From a virus (taxonomy: Duplodnaviria; Caudoviricetes): DNA of 34,635 nucleotides. How positions within the stretch are numbered: the stretch's first letter is position 1; the number at the start of each line of letters is the position of its first letter. Made by a program: the position numbers and the translations under genes. Shown here in pieces: positions 26,785 to 34,635 of this stretch. The DNA lies in the IMG/VR virus record IMGVR_UViG_3300032253_000025, positions 1 through 34,635 of that record; one strand, 5' to 3'. Below the pieces are notes generated by a model, which was not told the origin of the DNA, did no database searches, and saw only the letters and a program-made list of their open reading frames with translations.

Positions 26785-27153
26785 CTAACCCTTCATAAAA
26801 TTTGATCGGTTGGCTATAAAAACGTCCACTTGATCGCGAATATACGGCGCATTCTTGTATAACTGCTCGGCCTTTTTCTTTGAAAACTCCACCGGCTTTC
26901 CGTTGCTTTCAATACCACGCCAGCCCAGCGTCGCTTCTGCAAGGATCAAGTACCCGTCCTCAACCTCGGCAATTTCATCATAAGACATTTTAAGCAATGC
27001 GCGTTCCTTGCGCTTTATGATGTTTCGCCAGGTCTTCGAGTCAATGCCGACCATTTTTATAAAAATGTCTGTCGGCTTGCCGTCCGGCCCGTTTATCTGA
27101 ACCTCTGCCCCTGCCTCATGCAGATCAACCGTGTATAATTTTTCAATATCCAT
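26785..27153 (-). CDS. Tail assembly chaperone (gpG-like)
   Basis: Between tail tube and tape measure; ends ..QVDVFIANRSNFMKG. Confidence 0.8.
   Translation of the reverse strand: MDIEKLYTVDLHEAGAEVQINGPDGKPTDIFIKMVGIDSKTWRNIIKRKERALLKMSYDEIAEVEDGYLILAEATLGWRGIESNGKPVEFSKKKAEQLYKNAPYIRDQVDVFIANRSNFMKG
26797..26803 (-). other. -1 programmed ribosomal frameshift slippery site A AAT TTT
   Basis: In-frame X XXY YYZ heptamer; the -1 frame reads YEGLAAKILEFAKWMFY, joining ORF 26465..26755. Confidence 0.8.
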
Positions 27154-28067
27154 TATGGTACACGGGTAATCATTAATTGCGACGCGTCACCGCTGTTATA
27201 CAGCGCGGTAAATGGCAGCGAGATTTGTATCTCGCCGTCGCCGTCAACGTCGGGCTGGCCGCCGTTATACTTCACATTGCCCATGTCAAATGTATATGAA
27301 CTTGTGCCGTCTGTCAGGGTGAAGTCGATACTTGAAGCCGTTTCGTTAATAAACTTATCAAGCAATGCTTTAGACTGGAACCATAGCCCCAGCGTGCCCG
27401 ATACCCGGCTTCGTGCGATGCCTGGCTGGTTGGTCAAATCTGAGCCAACCACATGCAACGGCGAAAGGCCGTTTTCAAGTGTCATTTCAATCGATGTGAT
27501 GATGGCAATAGACGATCCGCCCTCATTAACCGAGCCGCTGAACGATGTGATAGGAATGGTAGTAGTGGCCGCCGGATAAGTTGCGCCCGCAATTGCCGCC
27601 GTGGCTATGGCGTAATCCTGCCCCATTGTGGTAAATGATCCACTCACAATTGCATCCGGTGTTACTGACAAGCTGAACCCGTCAAACTCTACGCCCGTAT
27701 ATCTGTGATATTCTGGCGTCGCCAGATTTGCAAATTTACGTTCAATAGTAAATGACCTGCGCGTGGTTCCCGCTTTCAATACGTTTGTTGACCATGTTCC
27801 GCCCATCGCGGCTTCAAACAAGCTGTCGAAAGTGCCGTAGGTTAATTCAAAGCCGATTTCACCCGAAACCGTTTTAGTGCCGTGGCGTAAATTAACCACC
27901 TGCCGGTCGCTTCTGATTTCCTCGCTTTCCAGTACATTTTTGGTTAATCCCAAATTCATGGAATTATGGCGAATGTTAGCAAATGCGGGGGTTGCTGGTG
28001 TTGTGCCGTATGTACTTTCGACAATATACCCCGCGCTGTGTTGTGATCCTGTTCCTGTTGCGGCCAT
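27153..28067 (-). CDS. Major tail tube protein
   Basis: E.TYG.TP, SEEIRSDRQ, RSFTIE motifs and gene position. Confidence 0.88.
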   Translation of the reverse strand: MAATGTGSQHSAGYIVESTYGTTPATPAFANIRHNSMNLGLTKNVLESEEIRSDRQVVNLRHGTKTVSGEIGFELTYGTFDSLFEAAMGGTWSTNVLKAGTTRRSFTIERKFANLATPEYHRYTGVEFDGFSLSVTPDAIVSGSFTTMGQDYAIATAAIAGATYPAATTTIPITSFSGSVNEGGSSIAIITSIEMTLENGLSPLHVVGSDLTNQPGIARSRVSGTLGLWFQSKALLDKFINETASSIDFTLTDGTSSYTFDMGNVKYNGGQPDVDGDGEIQISLPFTALYNSGDASQLMITRVP

Positions 28068-28069
28068 TG

Positions 28070-28486
28070 TTAAACCCTCGCTTGTGTATATGAATAAAAA
28101 ACAATCTCAACGGGTATCTTATACCACCCATCGGAATTCGTACCGGTACGCCGTTGAGCGCTTCGGATTGTTACCTGCCTGCTATTATACGTTAATATTG
28201 TTCCGCGTTTCATGTGATTTGCCACATTGTCGGCCATAGCGATGGCTTCTGCCTTGCCCTGTCCTGATTCTGCAAATATATCAACCTGATAGATGCCATT
28301 CGTTTTATCCTGCCCTGTCGCCCCTAAAGACGATTGAAACGTATCACCTGGCAGCAATGTAACCCGCAAAAATAGCGTTCCCTGTGTCGGTGTGTAGGCT
28401 TCATTTTCAGACGCCACCGGGGGAAGGTTTGCCATTGTTGACAGCCTTGCGTCCAATGCCGCTGAAATGTCAGTAAATACACTCAT
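28070..28486 (-). CDS. Tail terminator protein (DUF4128-like)
   Basis: EN..YTP, GIYQVDIF...GQG, W..IPV.I motifs. Confidence 0.78.
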   Translation of the reverse strand: MSVFTDISAALDARLSTMANLPPVASENEAYTPTQGTLFLRVTLLPGDTFQSSLGATGQDKTNGIYQVDIFAESGQGKAEAIAMADNVANHMKRGTILTYNSRQVTIRSAQRRTGTNSDGWYKIPVEIVFYSYTQARV

Positions 28487-28677
28487 TTATACTTAACTTT
28501 CTCGCCCATTATACAGTAAACCCCGGCAGAATCACGGGCGACAACATCATAGCTCTCATCATCAACGACAATTTTTTGACCCATAACGGGCTGTGTATCT
28601 GTTTTAAACAGTTCACCGTCTGAGAATCTCAGGGTGAAACTATTTTTTTCCTGCTTCTGTGGCTCTTTTTCTGACAT
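28483..28677 (-). CDS. Hypothetical protein
   Basis: 64-aa ORF filling the gap in the neck region. Confidence 0.5.
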   Translation of the reverse strand: MSEKEPQKQEKNSFTLRFSDGELFKTDTQPVMGQKIVVDDESYDVVARDSAGVYCIMGEKVKYK

Positions 28678-29038
28678 AATCGTTGAACTCCGTCAATGTA
28701 ACCTTAACCATACCCTGTGGCGCTTGCTTGCTATAATCGCCGTCCTCTATCGTTTGAGCATAGGGCAAATTGTTAACCATTATTATACTATCATTTATCT
28801 CAGCTTTTCCGGTTTTCGTTTTGGCCTTTCTTAATGATGCCGCGCCGCTTGTGCTGGCTAATTCTCCAGACGCCACGCTGTTTATTTCAGTCTGCCAATT
28901 ACCGCGCAAACGACCAGTCCTTACCGGCGTGCGGCGGATAATCGTACTAAACAGATCAAGCGCCGTGCCTCTGAAAACGTAAAGCGTCGCTTTTTCTACC
29001 TTCTTGCGCCACTTCTGAATATCTTTGCTAAAACTCAT
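28640..29038 (-). CDS. HK97 gp10-like neck / tail completion protein
   Basis: TPVRTGRLRGNW, NNLPYA..IE.G.SKQAP.GMV. Confidence 0.82.
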   Translation of the reverse strand: MSFSKDIQKWRKKVEKATLYVFRGTALDLFSTIIRRTPVRTGRLRGNWQTEINSVASGELASTSGAASLRKAKTKTGKAEINDSIIMVNNLPYAQTIEDGDYSKQAPQGMVKVTLTEFNDYVRKRATEAGKK

Positions 29039-29391
29039 TTTCTCAATTGTAGCTGATAAATGACAACGGTTCCGCCAGGGTTTACCGTGTTAACATTCAT
29101 TACACGATACTTAATACTGTTCACCGTTGCAGCATCGCCAATAATCGGCGCGGTTGTTACGGCCTCCAGGATCAAGCGCTGGTCGCCGCTTAAAATCACA
29201 GCGCCGTCGACCTCAGACTGATTATAGTCAAATACAGCGCCCTTTCCAGTGAAGGTGGTTGTTGTATTCGTCGGCGTGCCTGTTGTCGCATTAAACGCGC
29301 TGACCGTTCGCCTGGTGAATGTTACCGTTTGCCCCTTGCCAGTCAATAGCCGCGTAGCTGTCGCTGCAAGGCCCGTGTAAAAATCAACCAC
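29035..29391 (-). CDS. Head closure protein
   Basis: A.RLL...GQ, VDG..I..GD, P.G..V.Y.LQLR; gene position. Confidence 0.72.
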   Translation of the reverse strand: MVDFYTGLAATATRLLTGKGQTVTFTRRTVSAFNATTGTPTNTTTTFTGKGAVFDYNQSEVDGAVILSGDQRLILEAVTTAPIIGDAATVNSIKYRVMNVNTVNPGGTVVIYQLQLRK

Positions 29392-29851
29392 GAACAGCCA
29401 CCGTGCCGCTTTTTGTTAGCTTGTTCAATTTATTATGGACCGCTGTTAAATACGGCAGATCGCGCGTGCCGTTTGCGTATGTTACTTCGATATCGCCGAC
29501 TTTTTCCTTAATTGTTGCTCTGTCGGCTGTGGCAAGTGGGCTATTTCCAGCATCAATCCCTAGCGCCACTTCGCATTGCGCATCTTTTAACTTCTGCGGA
29601 ATGGCTGTTTCGCTGATATAGTAGCCATCAACCCATGCCCCATAGCGCGGCCATTGTAACGCTTGGCCATCGCTGGCTTTTACGCCTATATAGCGCTGTT
29701 CCTCGATATAATCCATACCTTGAATTAATAGCGCCTCAGAATCGCCGGAAATAGTCACACCGCGCGCCGTGGCATACGTTGATAACTCCGCCTCGGTTGC
29801 GTAGCTGTTTGCGCTGGACAATCCCGTGCCGTCTTCAACTGTTATCGTCAT
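29384..29851 (-). CDS. Head-tail adaptor (DnaT-like family)
   Basis: VEDGTG...ANSY, Q.L.WPR, EKVG.IEV.Y. Confidence 0.82.
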   Translation of the reverse strand: MTITVEDGTGLSSANSYATEAELSTYATARGVTISGDSEALLIQGMDYIEEQRYIGVKASDGQALQWPRYGAWVDGYYISETAIPQKLKDAQCEVALGIDAGNSPLATADRATIKEKVGDIEVTYANGTRDLPYLTAVHNKLNKLTKSGTVAVRG

Positions 29852-30468
29852 AATTCATACCAGAAAAATTCATACGTTAAATTCGCAACGCCGCCCGAAG
29901 TATTGGAAACCTTCAATAAATAAGTGTTTCCGCCATCTATTATCCACTCCAGCGGCAGCCCTACATTTTCGCCCGTTCTGTTTGCGCCTGATCCTGTTCC
30001 GACGATTCGGGTTAAATACAATTCTGTCCCGTCTGCTGTGACCGTCGGCCCGGAATAAATAGCCGAAGTTGATACTGTTGCAGATAGTCGGTTTCTGTTT
30101 AATGGCGATAATACCGTGCCATTTGCCGTTGTTGTTGGATTCTCAAATAACCGAATATTAATGGGCGCGGTATCTGCCGAAAACTTATAATTTCGCCAAT
30201 GAATCGGCGTTGTGGGATCAATTAAAAAATAAGCGTCTGCTCCATTTGCAAGTGATATAATTTCGCCGGAAAGCTGAAAGCCCTTACCGTCATGTATCAT
30301 AGCGTGATCTGTTTCAATAGTCCTGATCGCGCCGGAGTATGACTCCACCACCGGCACGCCTGCGTCGTCTTTTACGACAACGGGGAAAGGCAGCGAATCA
30401 GTAACAATCCGTGGGTTGCCCCCCTCTTGTCCTTCCGCAAACGATATGAAAGTGCCGTGTTTTGACAT
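29848..30468 (-). CDS. Hypothetical virion-associated protein
   Basis: 206-aa beta-rich ORF between capsid and adaptor genes. Confidence 0.65.
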   Translation of the reverse strand: MSKHGTFISFAEGQEGGNPRIVTDSLPFPVVVKDDAGVPVVESYSGAIRTIETDHAMIHDGKGFQLSGEIISLANGADAYFLIDPTTPIHWRNYKFSADTAPINIRLFENPTTTANGTVLSPLNRNRLSATVSTSAIYSGPTVTADGTELYLTRIVGTGSGANRTGENVGLPLEWIIDGGNTYLLKVSNTSGGVANLTYEFFWYEL

Positions 30469-30471
30469 TTA

Positions 30472-30627
30472 TTAGCCTTTTTTATTGGGCGCTTTGCTCG
30501 CCGCTGGCGCTGCTTTCTTTGGTTCCTTGTATTCTTTATCCGTGTCCAATTTGTCGCCTTTATTAATCACGACATAATCAGAATCGTTACCTTTTCGGAT
30601 AACCTTTATCGTTTCTGGATGGTGCAT
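30472..30627 (-). CDS. Small Lys-rich protein after the capsid gene (51 aa)
   Basis: GAGGA RBS; MHHPETIKVIRKGNDSDYVVINKGD... Confidence 0.6.
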   Translation of the reverse strand: MHHPETIKVIRKGNDSDYVVINKGDKLDTDKEYKEPKKAAPAASKAPNKKG

Positions 30628-30640
30628 GATATGTGTCCTC

Positions 30641-30670
30641 AAAAAAAGAAGGGGGGAATAAATCCCCCCG
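30641..30670 (-). terminator. Rho-independent terminator after the major capsid gene
   Basis: Minus strand GGGGGGA-TTTAT-TCCCCCC followed by TTCTTTTTTT. Confidence 0.8.
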
Positions 30671-30683
30671 AAGGAGTGTGGAA

Positions 30684-31829
30684 CTAGCCCAATGCGAGCG
30701 CGGTATGTTCCGGCTTGATGTTTTTAACACCCCATGCCAGACCAACCTCATAACGGACTTTGCGGTAGCCTTTATACATGGCGAACTCAAGTGCCAAGCC
30801 CGAACGCGGATCAGTGATGATCATCACGTCTGATGCCATGTCGCCTTCTTCTGGTCGTGCTGGAGCGCGTGCGGCTAATACCAACGCCGAACGGTTAAAG
30901 CACATGTTACGAGTAGATGCGGCGACGATAGTCATTGCAGTAGCCGAAGCCGGAAGCGCTTTGCGCAAGCCTGGTTCTGCAATTACGATTGTGCCTGGAG
31001 CCGAAACGCCGGTTGTGACAACATATTTGTTGCTGTCGCCCGCAAATGTCACAACATCGCCCGCAATTACTGTGCCGGAGCCGGTAATTATTGGAATAGA
31101 AGTCGTGCCGATTGCATAGCCTGTGGCCGCTGAAGTGTACGACGTACCAGTACCCGATGTTACCGCCTGCTTGATCTGTCCAGACTCACGCAAAGGCATT
31201 CCGGCAAGGTCAAGCAAAACACCCTGTCGCAACATTGAATCAGTACCAGCGGAATTAACGGCCGATTGCTTACCGATAAAGTTAGCACCGGCCACCGTAT
31301 CAATAACCAACTGATTATCACTACCGGGCGCGCCGTTATCTTTCAGGATAGCAAGCGACATCGCAGCGTCGGTGTAATCGTTTGCAGTACCAAAAGGAGT
31401 TGTACCTGCTGTACCATATGCGCGGCTAAAAGTCGTATGCAGGGCACAAAGATCAGTTTCAACCTCATTCACAACCGCCCGGATTGCCTGTGCGATTTTA
31501 TTTGCACGTGTTGACATATAGCCGGGGCCGGTGTTGAGTTTCTTCTGATCGTCGCCAATAAAGCCAAATTCTGCCGCACGACTTTTTGTAATCTGAATCG
31601 TAGCCGATCCAGAAGTTTGGCCGGTTGGATCAGGAACCGTCATTGCCGGCGTAATATCGCCGACATTTCCAGCCGGTTCAACATCAACGACAATGTTTTG
31701 ATTAATGCCAGCGGTTTCAGCGCTTGCATTCATTGTGACCGCTGGGATCATTCCAGTCAGTTCACGTGAAACAACGTCAAGCGCCTCATAAATATCAGGC
31801 ACGATTGCGGTTATAGTATTTTCAGCCAT
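30684..31829 (-). CDS. Major capsid protein (P22 coat-like, with insertion domain)
   Basis: ALDVVSREL.G.IP, DPRSGL..EF.MY..YR, AWGVK.IKPEH; follows the scaffold gene. Confidence 0.88.
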   Translation of the reverse strand: MAENTITAIVPDIYEALDVVSRELTGMIPAVTMNASAETAGINQNIVVDVEPAGNVGDITPAMTVPDPTGQTSGSATIQITKSRAAEFGFIGDDQKKLNTGPGYMSTRANKIAQAIRAVVNEVETDLCALHTTFSRAYGTAGTTPFGTANDYTDAAMSLAILKDNGAPGSDNQLVIDTVAGANFIGKQSAVNSAGTDSMLRQGVLLDLAGMPLRESGQIKQAVTSGTGTSYTSAATGYAIGTTSIPIITGSGTVIAGDVVTFAGDSNKYVVTTGVSAPGTIVIAEPGLRKALPASATAMTIVAASTRNMCFNRSALVLAARAPARPEEGDMASDVMIITDPRSGLALEFAMYKGYRKVRYEVGLAWGVKNIKPEHTALALG

Positions 31830-31846
31830 TTTAAAATCCTCAAAAG

Positions 31847-32533
31847 TTAAGCGTTATCAAAAACCTTTCCGCCGTCTTTTACGAATTTCATTCGGGCGGC
31901 GGGTGTTAGAGCGTCAAAGTCTGAGCGCCCCATTTCTGTACTTGCAGCACCGCCGCTTTGACCACCGGAAGCACCGCCCCCGCTTGCCTTACTACCTTTT
32001 AGCAATGACGCATATTTCGCGCTGGTGCTAAACTCTTTTTTCAGATCGTCCAGGCTTGAAACTGTCAATGCGCCCGTCTGGTCTGTTACGTTTATCTTGC
32101 CATCGTTCCACTGGAGCCGACGCGCGATAAACTCAGATAGCAATTCGGCGTTTGCGCCGTCTGCCAATTCCGTGGCCAATTTCATGGCCGCGTTGTTTTT
32201 CTTTTCTTCTGCAATGCCACCCTTTAGCGTGGACAATTCAGTATACAACTTTTCGCGTTCGGCCTCGCTGGACTGATGCAGGGTTTCAAAATCACCGGCC
32301 TTTCGTGCCGCTTCTTCTGTTTCCTGCCGTGCCTTTTCTTCGGCCTCGCGCCGCTTTGCCTTTGCGGTTTTTGTTTCGTTAAGCAATTCGTTATTTTTGG
32401 ACTGCAAGGCCGCTATTTGCGCCTGTAAATCCTCAATACTTGCCTTGCTATCGTCTGAATCCGTACCAGCGGCGGAATTTTCGCCCCCGTCCTGGTTGGC
32501 TTCATCCAAATACTCGTACTTTAATCCAAACAT
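31847..32533 (-). CDS. Capsid scaffolding protein
   Basis: Coiled coil (KNNELL.E.K), ASGGGA linker, C-terminal GGKV; AGAGGA RBS before ATG 32533. Confidence 0.8.
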   Translation of the reverse strand: MFGLKYEYLDEANQDGGENSAAGTDSDDSKASIEDLQAQIAALQSKNNELLNETKTAKAKRREAEEKARQETEEAARKAGDFETLHQSSEAEREKLYTELSTLKGGIAEEKKNNAAMKLATELADGANAELLSEFIARRLQWNDGKINVTDQTGALTVSSLDDLKKEFSTSAKYASLLKGSKASGGGASGGQSGGAASTEMGRSDFDALTPAARMKFVKDGGKVFDNA

Positions 32534-32583
32534 TTTTAAATCCTCTTTGTGGTCACAGACCATCTAGCCACTAGCTAGACTTG

Positions 32584-32612
32584 AGAATAGAACAAAATGC
32601 CCCCAGAATCAA
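32584..32612 (-). promoter_or_regulatory. Sigma70-type promoter upstream of scaffold/capsid genes
   Basis: TTGATT (32612-32607), 17-bp spacer, TATTCT (32589-32584). Confidence 0.55.
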
Positions 32613-32615
32613 CAT

Positions 32616-32661
32616 TTATTAACAAGTTATACACAGCTTAGTTATGCACAGGTTATCCACA
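32616..32661 (+). promoter_or_regulatory. Cluster of four co-oriented DnaA boxes
   Basis: TTATTAACA 32616 (1 mismatch), TTATACACA 32627, TTATGCACA 32642, TTATCCACA 32653 versus consensus TTWTNCACA. Confidence 0.8.
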
Positions 32662-32664
32662 AGG

Positions 32665-33681
32665 CTATTGAAACGCCATCGGGTGCAACTGTTCGAGCTG
32701 TGCCAGGGTGTACACTTCGCCCGTCGGGTCTGTGAATTTATCAATCGTTAATTTGCCAGACCGAAACAGCCGCGCACGTTCCGGCCCAATTGCCTGATCC
32801 TGGAAGGATGCGGGCTGCTTTCTGAGCCACCCGCCATAAGTAGCCTTGCCGGATACAACGCCCGGACCGCCCGCGCCGTTGGCTGGCCGCTGCCCTGTCA
32901 TTCCAGCGGCTAAACTAAATCTGCTGTTTATATTGGGTACTGTCGTACTGCGGCAGCCCCAATGCGCCGGGGGTAATGGTCCCTTGCCCACTTCCCACGT
33001 TTTACCATCGCGCCCGGCACATGTTAACGTAGTGTGCCCGTCCAGCGTTGCTACCCACTCATAGCTTTCTATAAGGTCGCTGTTGGCCTGATATGTCAGA
33101 TCGCGTGCCACGCTGGACGTGTGATTTGTTATTGTTCGGACTAGCGTTTCAACCTGCCGCATTTGCACGGTGTTAATATTTTCCGCCACCTTTGCGGCAA
33201 TATCCGGCGTCGGATCGCCCAATAACACGCCATCATTGATAATCTGAACTATTTTTTTTGATTTCTTTAGCCCGAATTCCTTCAATGCAGCGTCAATAGT
33301 CCGGCGGCTGCCCGCCAGCGTTGCATTCATGGGCTGTATTGATAGCGCTGTGACTAACTGAACATCCGACGGAATAACAAAGGAAGCCGCCGCCGTGCTG
33401 TTTTTATCAAGTAGTAATTGATTAAACTTAACCTCACTGGTTGCAAAATGCAACGATTCGCCCTGTACAGCCTTATCTATATCGCCAAAAGTGGCGGCCG
33501 ATAGCTGGTTAATGTCCGCAAGAAGCATCCCGAGCCGCTGGCGGCGAATATCTGTAGATTCCAGCGATAGGCGCGCCAATATCTCACGCCGCAAGCGCTG
33601 TAGCATACTTTGTGCCACCTTTGACCGTCCAGCCGCATACCGCTGGACAAAAACCTGGTGTCTGATTACCGGATCAAGCAT
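32665..33681 (-). CDS. Head morphogenesis protein (SPP1 gp7 / Mu gpF family)
   Basis: LVRT..NH, WVATLD..T...C...DG, PP.HW.CRST. Confidence 0.9.
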   Translation of the reverse strand: MLDPVIRHQVFVQRYAAGRSKVAQSMLQRLRREILARLSLESTDIRRQRLGMLLADINQLSAATFGDIDKAVQGESLHFATSEVKFNQLLLDKNSTAAASFVIPSDVQLVTALSIQPMNATLAGSRRTIDAALKEFGLKKSKKIVQIINDGVLLGDPTPDIAAKVAENINTVQMRQVETLVRTITNHTSSVARDLTYQANSDLIESYEWVATLDGHTTLTCAGRDGKTWEVGKGPLPPAHWGCRSTTVPNINSRFSLAAGMTGQRPANGAGGPGVVSGKATYGGWLRKQPASFQDQAIGPERARLFRSGKLTIDKFTDPTGEVYTLAQLEQLHPMAFQ

Positions 33682-34635
33682 CGCCGCCCATATCGTCCAT
33701 TATTGTGCTTTCTGCCTCGCCGTCAATGTCCTCATTGCTGCGGTCCTTATCAATAAAGCCCGCACGGCGCATGGTGTCCTGAAGGTCGCTTTTAGCAATC
33801 ACGCCCCGATCCATAAGCTGCATCTGTGCGACCACCATTTGAGGGTCAAGCGTGGCGTCATAAAATTCGCGGTTTAACTTAATAACAATATCTGAAACAA
33901 TGCCGCCGACAAACTCGCCCGCCCATTCAACACATTTTATTAACCCGTCCTCAACATTTGAAACCAGCGTCCCGAGTTTTGAATTTTGCCCAGCAAAGCG
34001 TATTTTTGCCGCTTCCGCCGTTTCCTGCTGTCGCCCGTTGCTGTCCTGGATCAACCGCGCGCCGATCATAACCATTTGTGCTTCTTTGCGTTCCATGCCG
34101 CGTTCTGGCATCTGATTCGAGTCGGCTTGCAACAATGACGCGCTTCCGTTTTCTGGTAATAATATCGCCCGGCGCGAACCCAAAAACACGCCGTCTTTCA
34201 TTACTTCATCAACCCACGACTGAGTCAGCCCCGCAATAACCGGCGTCGGCTGTCCGACCATATAGCTGCTTTCCTCATAGTCGGCGCTGTTTCGATAATG
34301 TGATATATTCACTTCTGCAATATCATACAGCGGCGCTTTGTCTATTTGTTCGTCGTTATTTTCAGCGCCAAAGAAACAGAAAGGGATCATGTTCCACATG
34401 GAACCGTCGGCCTTGCGTGGTTCGACAATATCGCCAACCTGGTTATCGTCTTCATCATAAATTGTTTGCGTGTATATGCCATCGGTTAACCGAAGGACCC
34501 TGTATTGCTTTTTTTCATCGTATGTAAATTCATCCGAATAGTCTTTAGCTGTTTCCATTAATACGACTTTTGTCAAATACTTAACGCCTGCGATTACCTC
34601 ACATTGCCAGTTAATAATCGACTCTGAAGGATAGG
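33674..34635 (-). CDS. Portal protein (DUF4055-like), 3' part
   Basis: IPF.F.G, PL..IA..NI.HYRNSADYE, M..IGARL, ETA motifs; 5' part at 1..629. Confidence 0.88.
   Translation of the reverse strand, partial: YPSESIINWQCEVIAGVKYLTKVVLMETAKDYSDEFTYDEKKQYRVLRLTDGIYTQTIYDEDDNQVGDIVEPRKADGSMWNMIPFCFFGAENNDEQIDKAPLYDIAEVNISHYRNSADYEESSYMVGQPTPVIAGLTQSWVDEVMKDGVFLGSRRAILLPENGSASLLQADSNQMPERGMERKEAQMVMIGARLIQDSNGRQQETAEAAKIRFAGQNSKLGTLVSNVEDGLIKCVEWAGEFVGGIVSDIVIKLNREFYDATLDPQMVVAQMQLMDRGVIAKSDLQDTMRRAGFIDKDRSNEDIDGEAESTIMDDMGGDA
34509..34635. repeat. 127-bp terminal direct repeat (right copy)
   Basis: Identical to 1-127. Confidence 0.95.

Noticed and set aside
30587-30790. 67-aa minus-strand ORF overlapping the capsid 3' end
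   Set aside because: Runs through the terminator; the 30472..30627 frame has a better RBS and fit
34509-34635. Biological terminal repeat
   Set aside because: Length matches a standard assembler k-mer and it falls in the middle of the portal gene, so it is most likely an assembly overlap

Overview
The window is an apparently complete, circularly assembled tailed-phage (siphovirus-type) genome of about 34,508 bp. Bases 1-127 recur exactly at 34509-34635, and the portal gene reads in frame across this join. A minus-strand late arm carries an accessory fibre-like module, terS/terL, portal, head morphogenesis, scaffold, P22-type capsid, neck, tail tube, chaperones with a -1 frameshift, tape measure, distal tail, hub, fibre, and a lysis cassette with spanins, which points to a Gram-negative host. 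A plus-strand early arm carries a Sak4-like ATPase, DUF669-like SSB, Cas4-like nuclease, DNA methyltransferase, SF2 helicase, VRR-NUC and small accessory genes. A short divergent unit encodes a Cro-like HTH protein and a Prim-Pol primase-helicase, followed by a probable origin. I recognised no integrase, partition genes, tRNA, CRISPR array or reverse transcriptase. The most unusual elements are: (1) four co-oriented DnaA boxes abutting the -35 of a sigma70-type promoter for the capsid-tail-lysis genes; (2) a fibre module upstream of terS with nine 22-aa repeats, eight carrying HxH; (3) four tandem Shine-Dalgarno+ATG units forming minigenes before the Sak4-like gene; (4) an origin-like inverted repeat around a (TA)n tract that shares a TGACA motif with the early promoters. 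All family calls come from motif recognition by eye, not database searches.
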